A DNA stretch of 64,000 bases from the human T2T-CHM13v2.0 reference genome, Homo sapiens, in assembly GCF_009914755.1 (NCBI RefSeq), contig NC_060946.1; one strand, 5' to 3'. A program made the position numbers and the translations under genes. Under the pieces are notes generated by a model. That model worked only from the letters and a program-made list of their open reading frames with translations, was not told the DNA's origin and searched no databases. Each line of letters begins with the position of its first letter. Within the stretch, counting starts at the first letter, position 1. Shown here piece after piece: positions 1 through 12,900 of this stretch.

Positions 1-287
1 AAAAAGAGTGTTTCAAAACTGCTCTGTAAAAAGAAAGGTTCAACTCTGTTAGTTGAGTACACACATCACAAACAAGTTTCACAGAATGCTTCTTTCTAGC
101 TTGTAGGGGAAGATATTCCCTTTATCACCATGGGCCTCCAACCGTCCGAAACGTCCACTTCCATATACTACAAAAAGAGCGTTTCAAACCTGCTCTATGA
201 AAGGCAATGTTCAACTCTGTGACTTGAATGCAGACATCACAGAGCAGTTTCTGAGAATGCTTCTGTCTAGATTTTATAGGAAGATAT

Positions 288-304
288 TCCCGTTTCCAAC
301 GAAA
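288..304 (-). promoter_or_regulatory. CENP-B box (box 1 of 4 per HOR; 187 box positions in the window)
   Basis: tcccgtttccaacgaaa is the reverse complement of TTTCGTTGGAAACGGGA, matching the CENP-B box consensus YTTCGTTGGAARCGGGA. Confidence 0.98.
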
Positions 305-629
305 TCTTCACAGCTATCCAAATATCCACTTGCAGATTCTACAAAAAGAGTGTATCAAAACTGCTCTGTCAAAAGGAAGGTTCTTCTCTGTTAGGTGAGT
401 GCATACGTCATAAAGGAGTTTCTGAGAATGTTTCTGTCTAGTGGTTATGGGAAGATATTTGCTTTTTCACCGTAGGCCTCAGAGCGCTCCAAATATCCAC
501 TTGCACATACTACAAAAAGAGTGCCTCAAAGCTGCTCTTTGAAACGGAATGTTCAACTCTATGAGTTGAATGCAAACATCACAAAGACGTTTCTGATAAT
601 GCTTCTGTCTAGATTTGATATGAAGATAT

Positions 630-646
630 TCCCGTTTCCAACGAAA
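630..646 (-). promoter_or_regulatory. CENP-B box (box 2 of 4 per HOR)
   Basis: tcccgtttccaacgaaa, 342 bp after box 1. Confidence 0.98.
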
Positions 647-800
647 TCTTCAAATCTATCCAAATGTCCACTTGCAGATTCAACAAAAAGTGTTTTTCAG
701 AACTGCTCTATCAAAAGAAAGATCCACCTCTGTTAGCTGAGTTCACACATCACAAACAAGTTTATGAGAATGCTTCTGTCTAGTTTTTATTTGAAGATAT

Positions 801-817
801 TTCCTTTCTCACCATAG
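801..817 (-). promoter_or_regulatory. A-box / pJalpha-type motif in an A-type monomer (homologues at 459, 1139, 1481 and in every HOR)
   Basis: ttcctttctcaccatag occupies the CENP-B-box-homologous position and resembles the reverse complement of CTAYGGTGRAAAAGGAA. The 1139-1155 copy reads ttcccttttcaccgtag. Confidence 0.8.
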
Positions 818-967
818 ACCTGAAAGCTGTCCTAATGTTCACTTCCAGATACTACAGAAAGAGTGTTTCAAAACTGCTGTACGAAAGGGAATGTTCAACT
901 CTGTGACTTGAATGCACACATCACAAAGAAGTTTCTGAGGATGCTGCTGTCTACTTTTTATATGTAA

Positions 968-984
968 TCCCGTTTCCAACGAAA
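968..984 (-). promoter_or_regulatory. CENP-B box (box 3 of 4 per HOR), next to the fixed 4-bp deletion
   Basis: tcccgtttccaacgaaa, 338 bp after box 2. It is preceded by tttttataYgtaa rather than ttttatatgaagatat. Confidence 0.98.
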
Positions 985-1309
985 TCCTCCAAGCTATCCA
1001 AATATCCACTTGCAGATTCCACAGAAAGACTGTTTCAAAACTGCTCTGTCAATAGAAAGGTACAACTCTGTTAGCTGCGTGCATATATCCCAAAGAAGAT
1101 TCTGAGATTGCTTCTGTCTAGTTTTTATGGGAAGATATTTCCCTTTTCACCGTAGGCGTCAAGGCGCTCCAAATGTCCACTTCCAGATACTACAAAAAGA
1201 GTGTTTCAAACCTACTCTGTGAAAGGGAATATTCACCTCTGTGACTTGAATGCAGATATCACAAAGAAGTTTCTGAGAATGCTTCTGTCGAGATTTTATA
1301 TGAAGATAT

Positions 1310-1326
1310 TCCCGTTTCCAACGAAA
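1310..1326 (-). promoter_or_regulatory. CENP-B box (box 4 of 4 per HOR)
   Basis: tcccgtttccaacgaaa, 342 bp after box 3. Confidence 0.98.
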
Positions 1327-3979
1327 TCCTGAAATCTATCCAAATATCCCCTCGCAGATTCTACAAAAAGAGAGTTTCAAAACTGCTCTGTAAAAAGAAA
1401 GGTTCAACTCTGTTAGTTGAGTACACACATCACAAACAAGTTTCACAGAATGCTTCTTTCTAGCTTGTAGGGGAAGATATTCCCTTTATCACCATGGGCC
1501 TCCAACCGTCCGAAACATCCACTTCCATATACTACAAAAAGAGCGTTTCAAACCTGCTCTATGAAAGGCAATGTTCAACTCTGTGACTTGAAAGCAGACA
1601 TCACAGAGCAGTTTCTGAGAATGCTTCTGTCTAGATTTTATAGGAAGATATTCCCGTTTCCAACGAAATCTTCACAGCTATCCAAATATCCACTTGCAGA
1701 TTCTACAAAAAGAGTGTATCAAAACTGCTCTGTCAAAAGGAAGGTTCTTCTCTGTTAGGTGAGTGCATACGTCATAAAGGAGTTTCTGAGAATGTTTCTG
1801 TCTAGTGGTTATGGGAAGATATTTGCTTTTTCACCGTAGGCCTCAGAGCGCTCCAAATATCCACTTGCACATACTACAAAAAGAGTGCCTCAAAGCTGCT
1901 CTTTGAAACGGAATGTTCAACTCTATGAGTTGAATGCAAACATCACAAAGACGTTTCTGAGAATGCTTCTGTCTAGATTTGATATGAAGATATTCCCGTT
2001 TCCAACGAAATCTTCAAATCTATCCAAATGTCCACTTGCAGATTCAACAAAAAGTGTTTTTCAGAACTGCTCTATCAAAAGAAAGATCCACCTCTGTTAG
2101 CTGAGTTCACACATCACAAACAAGTTTATGAGAATGCTTCTGTCTAGTTTTTATTTGAAGATATTTCCTTTCTCACCATAGACCTGAAAGCTGTCCTAAT
2201 GTTCACTTCCAGATACTACAGAAAGAGTGTTTCAAAACTGCTGTACGAAAGGGAATGTTCAACTCTGTGACTTGAATGCACACATCACAAAGAAGTTTCT
2301 GAGGATGCTGCTGTCTACTTTTTATACGTAATCCCGTTTCCAACGAAATCCTCCAAGCTATCCAAACATCCACTTACAGATTCCACAGAAAGACTGTTTC
2401 AAAACTGCTCTGTCAATAGAAAGGTTCAACTCTGTTAGCTGCGTGCATATATCCCAAAGAAGATTCTGAGATTGCTTCTGTCTAGTTTTTATGGGAAGAT
2501 ATTTCCCTTTTCACCGTAGGCGTCAAGGCGCTCCAAATGTCCACTTCCAGATACTACAAAAAGAGTGTTTCAAACCTACTCTGTGAAAGCGAATATTCAA
2601 CTCTGTGACTTGAATGCACATATCACAAAGAAGTTTCTGAGAATGCTTCTGTCGAGATTTTATATGAAGATATTCCCGTTTCCAACGAAATCCTGAAATC
2701 TATCCAAATATCCCCTCGCAGATTCTACAAAAAGAGTGTTTCAAAACTGCTCTGTAAAAAGAAAGGTTCAACTCTGTTAGTTGAGTACACACATCACAAA
2801 CAAGTTTCACAGAATGCTTCTTTCTAGCTTGTAGGGGAAGATATTCCCTTTATCACCATGGGCCTCCAACCGTCCGAAACGTCCACTTCCATATACTACA
2901 AAAAGAGCGTTTCAAACCTGCTCTAGGAAAGGCAATGTTCAACTCTGTGACTTGAATGCAGACATCACAGAGCAGTTTCTGAGAATGCTTCTGTCTAGAT
3001 TTTATAGGAAGATATTCCCGTTTCCAACGAAATCTTCACAGCTATCCAAATATCCACTTGCAGATTCTACAAAAAGAGTGTATCAAAACTGCTCTGTCAA
3101 AAGGAAGGTTCTTCTCTGTTAGGTGAGTGCATACGTCATAAAGGAGTTTCTGAGAATGTTTCTGTCTAGTGGTTATGGGAAGATATTTGCTTTTTCACCG
3201 TAGGCCTCAGAGCGCTCCAAATATCCACTTGCACATACTACAAAAAGAGTGCCTCAAAGCTGCTCTTTGAAACGGAATGTTCAACTCTATGAGTTGAATG
3301 CAAACATCACAAAGACGTTTCTGAGAATGCTTCTGTCTAGATTTGATATGAAGATATTCCCGTTTCCAACGAAATCTTCAAATCTATCCAAATGTCCACT
3401 TGCAGATTCAACAAAAAGTGTTTTTCAGAACTGCTCTATCAAAAGAAAGATCCACCTCTGTTAGCTGAGTTCACACATCACAAACAAGTTTATGAGAATG
3501 CTTCTGTCTAGTTTTTATTTGAAGATATTTCCTTTCTCACCATAGACCTGAAAGCTGTCCTAATGTTCACTTCCAGATACTACAGAAAGAGTGTTTCAAA
3601 ACTGCTGTATGAAAGGGAATGTTCAACTCTGTGACTTGAATGCACACATCACAAAGAAGTTTCTGAGGATGCTGCTGTCTACTTTTTATATGTAATCCCG
3701 TTTCCAACGAAATCCTCCAAGCTATCCAAATATCCACTTGCAGATTCCACAGAAAGACTGTTTCAAAACTGCTCTGTCAATAGAAAGGTTCAACTCTGTT
3801 AGCTGCGTGCATATATCCCAAAGAAGATTCTGAGATTGCTTCTGTCTAGTTTTTATGGGAAGATATTTCCCTTTTCACCGTAGGCGTCAAGGCGCTCCAA
3901 ATGTCCACTTCCAGATACTACAAAAAGAGTGTTTCAAACCTACCCTGTGAAAGGGAATATTCAACTCTGTGACTTGAAT

Positions 3980-6900
3980 GCACATATCACAAAGAAGTTT
4001 CTGATAATGCTTCTGTCGAGATTTTATATGAAGATATTCCCGTTTCCAACGAAATCCTGAAATCTATCCAAATATCCCCTCGCAGATTCTACAAAAAGAG
4101 TGTTTCAAAACTGCTCTGTAAAAAGAAAGGTTCAACTCTGTTAGTTGAGTACACACATCACAAACAAGTTTCACAGAATGCTTCTTTCTAGCTTGTAGGG
4201 GAAGATATTCCCTTTATCACCATGGGCCTCCAACCGTCCGAAACGTCCACTTCCATATACTACAAAAAGAGCGTTTCAAACCTGCTCTATGAAAGGCAAT
4301 GTTCAACTCTGTGACTTGAATGCAGACATCACAGAGCAGTTTCTGAGAATGCTTCTGTCTAGATTTTATAGGAAGATATTCCCGTTTCCAACGAAATCTT
4401 CACAGCTATCCAAATATCCACTTGCAGATTCTACAAAAAGAGTGTATCAAAACTGCTCTGTCAAAAGGAAGGTTCTTCTCTGTTAGGTGAGTGCATACGT
4501 CATAAAGGAGTTTCTGAGAATGTTTCTGTCTAGTGGTTATGGGAAGATATTTGCTTTTTCACCGTAGGCCTCAGAGCGCTCCAAATATCCACTTGCACAT
4601 ACTACAAAAAGAGTGCCTCAAAGCTGCTCTCTGAAACGGAATGTTCAACTCTATGAGTTGAATGCAAACATCACAAAGACGTTTCTGAGAATGCTTCTGT
4701 CTAGATTTGATATGAAGATATTCCCGTTTCCAACGAAATCTTCAAATCTATCCAAATGTCCACTTGCATAATCAACAAAAAGTGTTTTTCAGAACTGCTC
4801 TATCAAAAGAAAGATCCACCTCTGTTAGCTGAGTTCACACATCACAAACAAGTTTATGAGAATGCTTCTGTCTAGTTTTTATTTGAAGATATTTCCTTTC
4901 TCACCATAGACCTGAAAGCTGTCCTAATGTTCACTTCCAGATACTACAGAAAGAGTGTTTCAAAACTGCTGTACGAAAGGGAATGTTCAACTCTGTGACT
5001 TGAATGCACACATCACAAAGAAGTTTCTGAGGATGCTGCTGTCTACTTTTTATACGTAATCCCGTTTCCAACGAAATCCTCCAAGCTATCCAAATATCCA
5101 CTTGCAGATTCCACAGAAAGACTGTTTCAAAACTGCTCTGTCAATAGAAAGGTTCAACTCTGTTAGCTGCGTGCATATATCCCAAAGAAGATTCTGAGAT
5201 TGCTTCTGTCTAGTTTTTATGGGAAGATATTTCCCTTTTCACCGTAGGCGTCAAGGCGCTCCAAATGTCCACTTCCAGATACTACAAAAAGAGTGTTTCA
5301 AACCTACTCTGTGAAAGCGAATATTCAACTCTGTGACTTGAATGCACATATCACAAAGAAGTTTCTGAGAATGCTTCTGTCGAGATTTTATATGAAGATA
5401 TTCCCGTTTCCAACGAAATCCTGAAATCTATCCAAATATCCCCTCGCAGATTCTACAAAATGAGTGTTTCAAAACTGCTCTGTAAAAAGAAAGGTTCAAC
5501 TCTGTTACTTGAGTACACACATCACAAACAAGTTTCACAGAATGCTTCTTTCTAGCTTGTAGGGGAAGATATTCCCTTTATCACCATGGTCCTCAAACCG
5601 TCCGAAACGTCCACTTCCATATACTACAAAAAGAGCGTTTCAAACCTGCTCTAGGAAAGGCAATGTTCAACTCTGTGACTTGAATGCAGACATCACAGAG
5701 CAGTTTCTGAGAATGCTTCTGTCTAGATTTTATAGGAAGATATTCCCGTTTCCAACGAAATCTTCACAGCTATCCAAATATCCACTTGCAGATTCTACAA
5801 AAAGAGTGTATCCAAACTGCTCTGTCAAAAGGAAGGTTCTTCTCTGTTAGGTGAGTGCATACGTCATAAAGGAGTTTCTGAGAATGTTTCTGTCTAGTGG
5901 TTATGGGAAGATATTTGCTTTTTCACCGTAGGCCTCAGAGCGCTCCAAATATCCACTTGCACATACTACAAAAAGAGTGCCTCAAAGCTGCTCTCTGAAA
6001 CGGAATGTTCAACTCTATGAGTTGAATGCAAACATCACAAAGACGTTTCTGAGAATGCTTCTGTCTAGATTTGATATGAAGATATTCCCGTTTCCAACGA
6101 AATCTTCAAATCTATCCAAATGTCCACTTGCATAATCAACAAAAAGTGTTTTTCAGAACTGCTCTATCAAAAGAAAGATCCACCTCTGTTAGCTGAGTTC
6201 ACACATCACAAACAAGTTTATGAGAATGCTTCTGTCTAGTTTTTATTTGAAGATATTTCCTTTCTCACCATAGACCTGAAAGCTGTCCTAATGTTCACTT
6301 CCAGATACTACAGAAAGAGTGTTTCAAAACTGCTGTACGAAAGGGAATGTTCAACTCTGTGACTTGAATGCACACATCACAAAGAAGTTTCTGAGGATGC
6401 TGCTGTCTACTTTTTATACGTAATCCCGTTTCCAACGAAATCCTCCAAGCTATCCAAATATCCACTTGCAGATTCCACAGAAAGACTGTTTCAAAACTGC
6501 TCTGTCAATAGAAAGGTTCAACTCTGTTAGCTGCGTGCATATATCCCAAAGAAGATTCTGAGATTGCTTCTGTCTAGTTTTTATGGGAAGATATTTCCCT
6601 TTTCACCGTAGGCGTCAAGGCGCTCCAAATGTCCACTTCCAGATACTACAAAAAGAGTGTTTCAAACCTACTCTGTGAAAGCGAATATTCAACTCTGTGA
6701 CTTTAATGCACATATCACAAAGAAGTTTCTGAGAATGCTTCTGTCGAGATTTTATATGAAGATATTCCCGTTTCCAACGAAATCCTGAAATCTATCCAAA
6801 TATCCCCTCGCAGATTCTACAAAAAGAGTGTTTCAAAACTGCTCTGTAAAAAGAAAGGTTCAACTCTGTTAGTTGAGTACACACATCACAAACAAGTTTC

Positions 6901-9900
6901 ACAGAATGCTTCTTTCTAGCTTGTAGGGGAAGATATTCCCTTTCTCACCATGGGCCTCCAACCGTCCGAAACATCCACTTCCATATACTACAAAAAGAGC
7001 GTTTCAAACCTGCTCTATGAAAGGCAATGTTCAACTCTGTGACTTGAATGCAGACATCACAGAGCAGTTTCTGAGAATGCTTCTGTCTAGATTTTATAGG
7101 AAGATATTCCCGTTTCCAACGAAATCTTCACAGCTATCCAAATATCCACTTGCAGATTCTACAAAAAGAGTGTATCAAAACTGCTCTGTCAAAAGGAAGG
7201 TTCTTCTCTGTTAGGTGAGTGCATACGTCAAAAAGGAGTTTCTGAGAATGTTTCTGTCTAGTGGTTATGGGAAGATATTTGCTTTTTCACCGTAGGCCTC
7301 AGAGCGCTCCAAATATCCCCTTGCACATACTACAAAAAGAGTGCCTCAAAGCTGCTCTCTGAAACGGAATGTTCAACTCTATGAGTTGAATGCAAACATC
7401 ACAAAGACGTTTCTGAGAATGCTTCTGTCTAGATTTGATATGAAGATATTCCCGTTTCCAACGAAATCTTCAAATCTATCCAAATGTCCACTTGCAGATT
7501 CAACAAAAAGTGTTTTTCAGAACTGCTCTATCAAAAGAAAGATCCACCTCTGTTAGCTGAGTTCACACATCACAAACAAGTTTATGAGAATGCTTCTGTC
7601 TAGTTTTTATTTGAAGATATTTCCTTTCTCACCATAGACCTGAAAGCTGTCCTAATGTTCACTTCCAGATACTACAGAAAGAGTGTTTCAAAACTGCTGT
7701 ACGAAAGGGAATGTTCAACTCTGTGACTTGAATGCACACATCACAAAGAAGTTTCTGAGGATGTTGCTGTCTACTTTTTATACGTAATCCCGTTTCCAAC
7801 GAAATCCTCCAAGCTATCCAAATATCCACTTGCAGATTCCACAGAAAGACTGTTTCAAAACTGCTCTGTCAATAGAAAGGTTCAACTCTGCTAACTGCGT
7901 GCATATATCCCAAAGAAGATTCTGAGATTGCTTCTGTCTAGTTTTTATGGGAAGATATTTCCCTTTTCACCGTAGGCGTCAAGGCGCTCCAAATGTCCAC
8001 TTCCAGATACTACAAAAAGAGTGTTTCAAACCTACTCTGTGAAAGGGAATATTCAACTCTGTGACTTGAATGCAGATATCACAAAGAAGTTTCTGAGAAT
8101 GCTTCTGTCGAGATTTTATATGAAGATATTCCCGTTTCCAATGAAATCCTGAAATCTATCCAAATATCCCCTCGCAGATTCTACAAAAAGAGTGTTTCAA
8201 AACTGCTCTGTAAAAAGAAAGGTTCAACTCTGTTAGTTGAGTACACACATCACAAACAAGTTTCACAGAATGCTTCTTTCTAGCTTGTAGGGGAAGATAT
8301 TCCCTTTCTCACCATGGGCCTCCAACCGTCCGAAACATCCACTTCCATATACTACAAAAAGAGCGTTTCAAACCTGCTCTATGAAAGGCAATGTTCAACT
8401 CTGTGACTTGAAAGCAGACATCACAGAGCAGTTTCTGAGAATGCTTCTGTCTAGATTTTATAGGAAGATATTCCCGTTTCCAACGAAATCTTCACAGCTA
8501 TCCAAATATCCACTTGCAGATTCTACAAAAAGAGTGTATCAAAACTGCTCTGTCAAAAGGAAGGTTCTTCTCTGTTAGGTGAGTGCATACGTCATAAAGG
8601 AGTTTCTGAGAATGTTTCTGTCTAGTGGTTATGGGAAGATATTTGCTTTTTCACCGTAGGCCTCAGAGCGCTCCAAATATCCACTTGCACATACTACAAA
8701 AAGAGTGCCTCAAAGCTGCTCTCTGAAACGGAATGTTCAACTCTATGAGTTGAATGCAAACATCACAAAGACGTTTCTGAGAATGCTTCTGTCTAGATTT
8801 GATATGAAGATATTCCCGTTTCCAACGAAATCTTCAAATCTATCCAAATGTCCACTTGCATAATCAACAAAAAGTGTTTTTCAGAACTGCTCTATCAAAA
8901 GAAAGATCCACCTCTGTTAGCTGAGTTCACACATCACAAACAAGTTTATGAGAATGCTTCTGTCTAGTTTTTATTTGAAGATATTTCCTTTCTCACCATA
9001 GACCTGAAAGCTGTCCTAATGTTCACTTCCAGATACTACAGAAAGAGTGTTTCAAAACTGCTGTACGAAAGGGAATGTTCAACTCTGTGACTTGAATGCA
9101 CACATCACAAAGAAGTTTCTGAGGATGCTGCTGTCTACTTTTTATACGTAATCCCGTTTCCAACGAAATCCTCCAAGCTATCCAAACATCCACTTACAGA
9201 TTCCACAGAAAGACTGTTTCAAAACTGCTCTGTCAATAGAAAGGTTCAACTCTGTTAGCTGCGTGCATATATCCCAAAGAAGATTCTGAGATTGCTTCTG
9301 TCTAGTTTTTATGGGAAGATATTTCCCTTTTCACCGTAGGCGTCAAGGCGCTCCAAATGTCCACTTCCAGATACTACAAAAAGAGTGTTTCAAACCTACT
9401 CTGTGAAAGCGAATATTCAACTCTGTGACTTTAATGCACATATCACAAAGAAGTTTCTGATAATGCTTCTGTCGAGATTTTATATGAAGATATTCCCGTT
9501 TCCAACGAAATCCTGAAATCTATCCAAATATCCCCTCGCAGATTCTACAAAAAGAGTGTTTCAAAACTGCTCTGTAAAAAGAAAGGTTCAACTCTGTTAG
9601 TTGAGTACACACATCACAAACAAGTTTCACAGAATGCTTCTTTCTAGCTTGTAGGGGAAGATATTCCCTTTATCACCATGGGCCTCCAACCGTCCGAAAC
9701 GTCCACTTCCATATACTACAAAAAGAGTGTTTCAAACCTGCTCTATGAAAGGCAATGTTCAACTCTGTGACTTGAATGCAGACATCACAGAGCAGTTTCT
9801 GAGAATGCTTCTGTCTAGATTTTATAGGAAGATATTCCCGTTTCCAACGAAATCTTCACAGCTATCCAAATATCCACTTGCAGATTCTACAAAAAGAGTG

Positions 9901-12900
9901 TATCAAAACTGCTCTGTCAAAAGGAAGGTTCTTCTCTGTTAGGTGAGTGCATACGTCATAAAGGAGTTTCTGAGAATGTTTCTGTCTAGTGGTTATGGGA
10001 AGATATTTGCTTTTTCACCGTAGGCCTCAGAGCGCTCCAAATATCCACTTGCACATACTACAAAAAGAGTGCCTCAAAGCTGCTCTCTGAAACGGAATGT
10101 TCAACTCTATGAGTTGAATGCAAACATCACAAAGACGTTTCTGAGAATGCTTCTGTCTAGATTTGATATGAAGATATTCCCGTTTCCAACGAAATCTTCA
10201 AATCTATCCAAATGTCCACTTGCATAATCAACAAAAAGTGTTTTTCAGAACTGCTCTATCAAAAGAAAGATCCACCTCTGTTAGCTGAGTTCACACATCA
10301 CAAACAAGTTTATGAGAATGCTTCTGTCTAGTTTTTATTTGAAGATATTTCCTTTCTCACCATAGACCTGAAAGCTGTCCTAATGTTCACTTCCAGATAC
10401 TACAGAAAGAGTGTTTCAAAACTGCTGTACGAAAGGGAATGTTCAACTCTGTGACTTGAATGCACACATCACAAAGAAGTTTCTGAGGATGCTGCTGTCT
10501 ACTTTTTATACGTAATCCCGTTTCCAACGAAATCCTCCAAGCTATCCAAATATCCACTTGCAGATTCCACAGAAAGACTGTTTCAAAACTGCTCTGTCAA
10601 TAGAAAGGTTCAACTCTGTTAGCTGCGTGCATATATCCCAAAGAAGATTCTGAGATTGCTTCTGTCTAGTTTTTATGGGAAGATATTTCCCTTTTCACCG
10701 TAGGCGTCAAGGCGCTCCAAATGTCCACTTCCAGATACTACAAAAAGAGTGTTTCAAACCTACTCTGTGAAAGCGAATATTCAACTCTGTGACTTGAATG
10801 CACATATCATAAAGAAGTTTCTGAGAATGCTTCTGTCGAGATTTTATATGAAGATATTCCCGTTTCCAACGAAATCCTGAAATCTATCCAAATATCCCCT
10901 CGCAGATTCTACAAAATGAGTGTTTCAAAACTGCTCTGTAAAAAGAAAGGTTCAACTCTGTTACTTGAGTACACACATCACAAACAAGTTTCACAGAATG
11001 CTTCTTTCTAGCTTGTAGGGGAAGATATTCCCTTTATCACCATGGTCCTCAAACCGTCCGAAACGTCCACTTCCATATACTACAAAAAGAGCTTTTCAAA
11101 CCTGCTCTAGGAAAGGCAATGTTCAACTCTGTGACTTGAATGCAGACATCACAGAGCAGTTTCTGAGAATGCTTCTGTCTAGATTTTATAGGAAGATATT
11201 CCCGTTTCCAACGAAATCTTCACAGCTATCCAAATATCCACTTGCAGATTCTACAAAAAGAGTGTATCCAAACTGCTCTGTCAAAAGGAAGGTTCTTCTC
11301 TGTTAGGTGAGTGCATACGTCATAAAGGAGTTTCTGAGAATGTTTCTGTCTAGTGGTTATGGGAAGATATTTGCTTTTTCACCGTAGGCCTCAGAGCGCT
11401 CCAAATATCCACTTGCACATACTACAAAAAGAGTGCCTCAAAGCTGCTCTCTGAAACGGAATGTTCAACTCTATGAGTTGAATGCAAACATCACAAAGAC
11501 GTTTCTGAGAATGCTTCTGTCTAGATTTGATATGAAGATATTCCCGTTTCCAACGAAATCTTCAAATCTATCCAAATGTCCACTTGCATAATCAACAAAA
11601 AGTGTTTTTCAGAACTGCTCTATCAAAAGAAAGATCCACCTCTGTTAGCTGAGTTCACACATCACAAACAAGTTTATGAGAATGCTTCTGTCTAGTTTTT
11701 ATTTGAAGATATTTCCTTTCTCACCATAGACCTGAAAGCTGTCCTAATGTTCACTTCCAGATACTACAGAAAGAGTGTTTCAAAACTGCTGTACGAAAGG
11801 GAATGTTCAACTCTGTGACTTGAATGCACACATCACAAAGAAGTTTCTGAGGATGCTGCTGTCTACTTTTTATACGTAATCCCGTTTCCAACGAAATCCT
11901 CCAAGCTATCCAAATATCCACTTGCAGATTCCACAGAAAGACTGTTTCAAAACTGCTCTGTCAATAGAAAGGTTCAACTCTGTTAGCTGCGTGCATATAT
12001 CCCAAAGAAGATTCTGAGATTGCTTCTGTCTAGTTTTTATGGGAAGATATTTCCCTTTTCACCGTAGGCGTCAAGGCGCTCCAAATGTCCACTTCCAGAT
12101 ACTACAAAAAGAGTGTTTCAAACCTACTCTGTGAAAGCGAATATTCAACTCTGTGACTTTAATGCACATATCACAAAGAAGTTTCTGAGAATGCTTCTGT
12201 CGAGATTTTATATGAAGATATTCCCGTTTCCAACGAAATCCTGAAATCTATCCAAATATCCCCTCGCAGATTCTACAAAAAGAGTGTTTCAAAACTGCTC
12301 TGTAAAAAGAAAGGTTCAACTCTGTTAGTTGAGTACACACATCACAAACAAGTTTCACAGAATGCTTCTTTCTAGCTTGTAGGGGAAGATATTCCCTTTC
12401 TCACCATGGGCCTCCAACCGTCCGAAACATCCACTTCCATATACTACAAAAAGAGCGTTTCAAACCTGCTCTATGAAAGGCAATGTTCAACTCTGTGACT
12501 TGAATGCAGACATCACAGAGCAGTTTCTGAGAATGCTTCTGTCTAGATTTTATAGGAAGATATTCCCGTTTCCAACGAAATCTTCACAGCTATCCAAATA
12601 TCCACTTGCAGATTCTACAAAAAGAGTGTATCAAAACTGCTCTGTCAAAAGGAAGGTTCTTCTCTGTTAGGTGAGTGCATACGTCAAAAAGGAGTTTCTG
12701 AGAATGTTTCTGTCTAGTGGTTATGGGAAGATATTTGCTTTTTCACCGTAGGCCTCAGAGCGCTCCAAATATCCCCTTGCACATACTACAAAAAGAGTGC
12801 CTCAAAGCTGCTCTCTGAAACGGAATGTTCAACTCTATGAGTTGAATGCAAACATCACAAAGACGTTTCTGAGAATGCTTCTGTCTAGATTTGATATGAA

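Larger units (their letters stand above)
288..1651 (-). repeat. One representative HOR unit: 8 monomers (7 x 171 bp + 1 x 167 bp), alternating B-type and A-type; SF2-like, probably the chr14/chr22 D14Z9/D22Z1 8-mer
   Basis: Box-homologous positions are 288, 459, 630, 801, 968, 1139, 1310, 1481 and 1652, giving spacings of 171, 171, 171, 167, 171, 171, 171, 171 = 1,364. There is one TaqI site (tcga at 1288) and two XbaI sites (tctaga at 266 and 608) per unit. The structure is seen directly. The chromosome assignment is inferred from the known 8-mer SF2 HOR shared by chr14 and chr22; 8-mer forms of other SF2 arrays (chr18, chr20) are not excluded. Confidence 0.7.
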
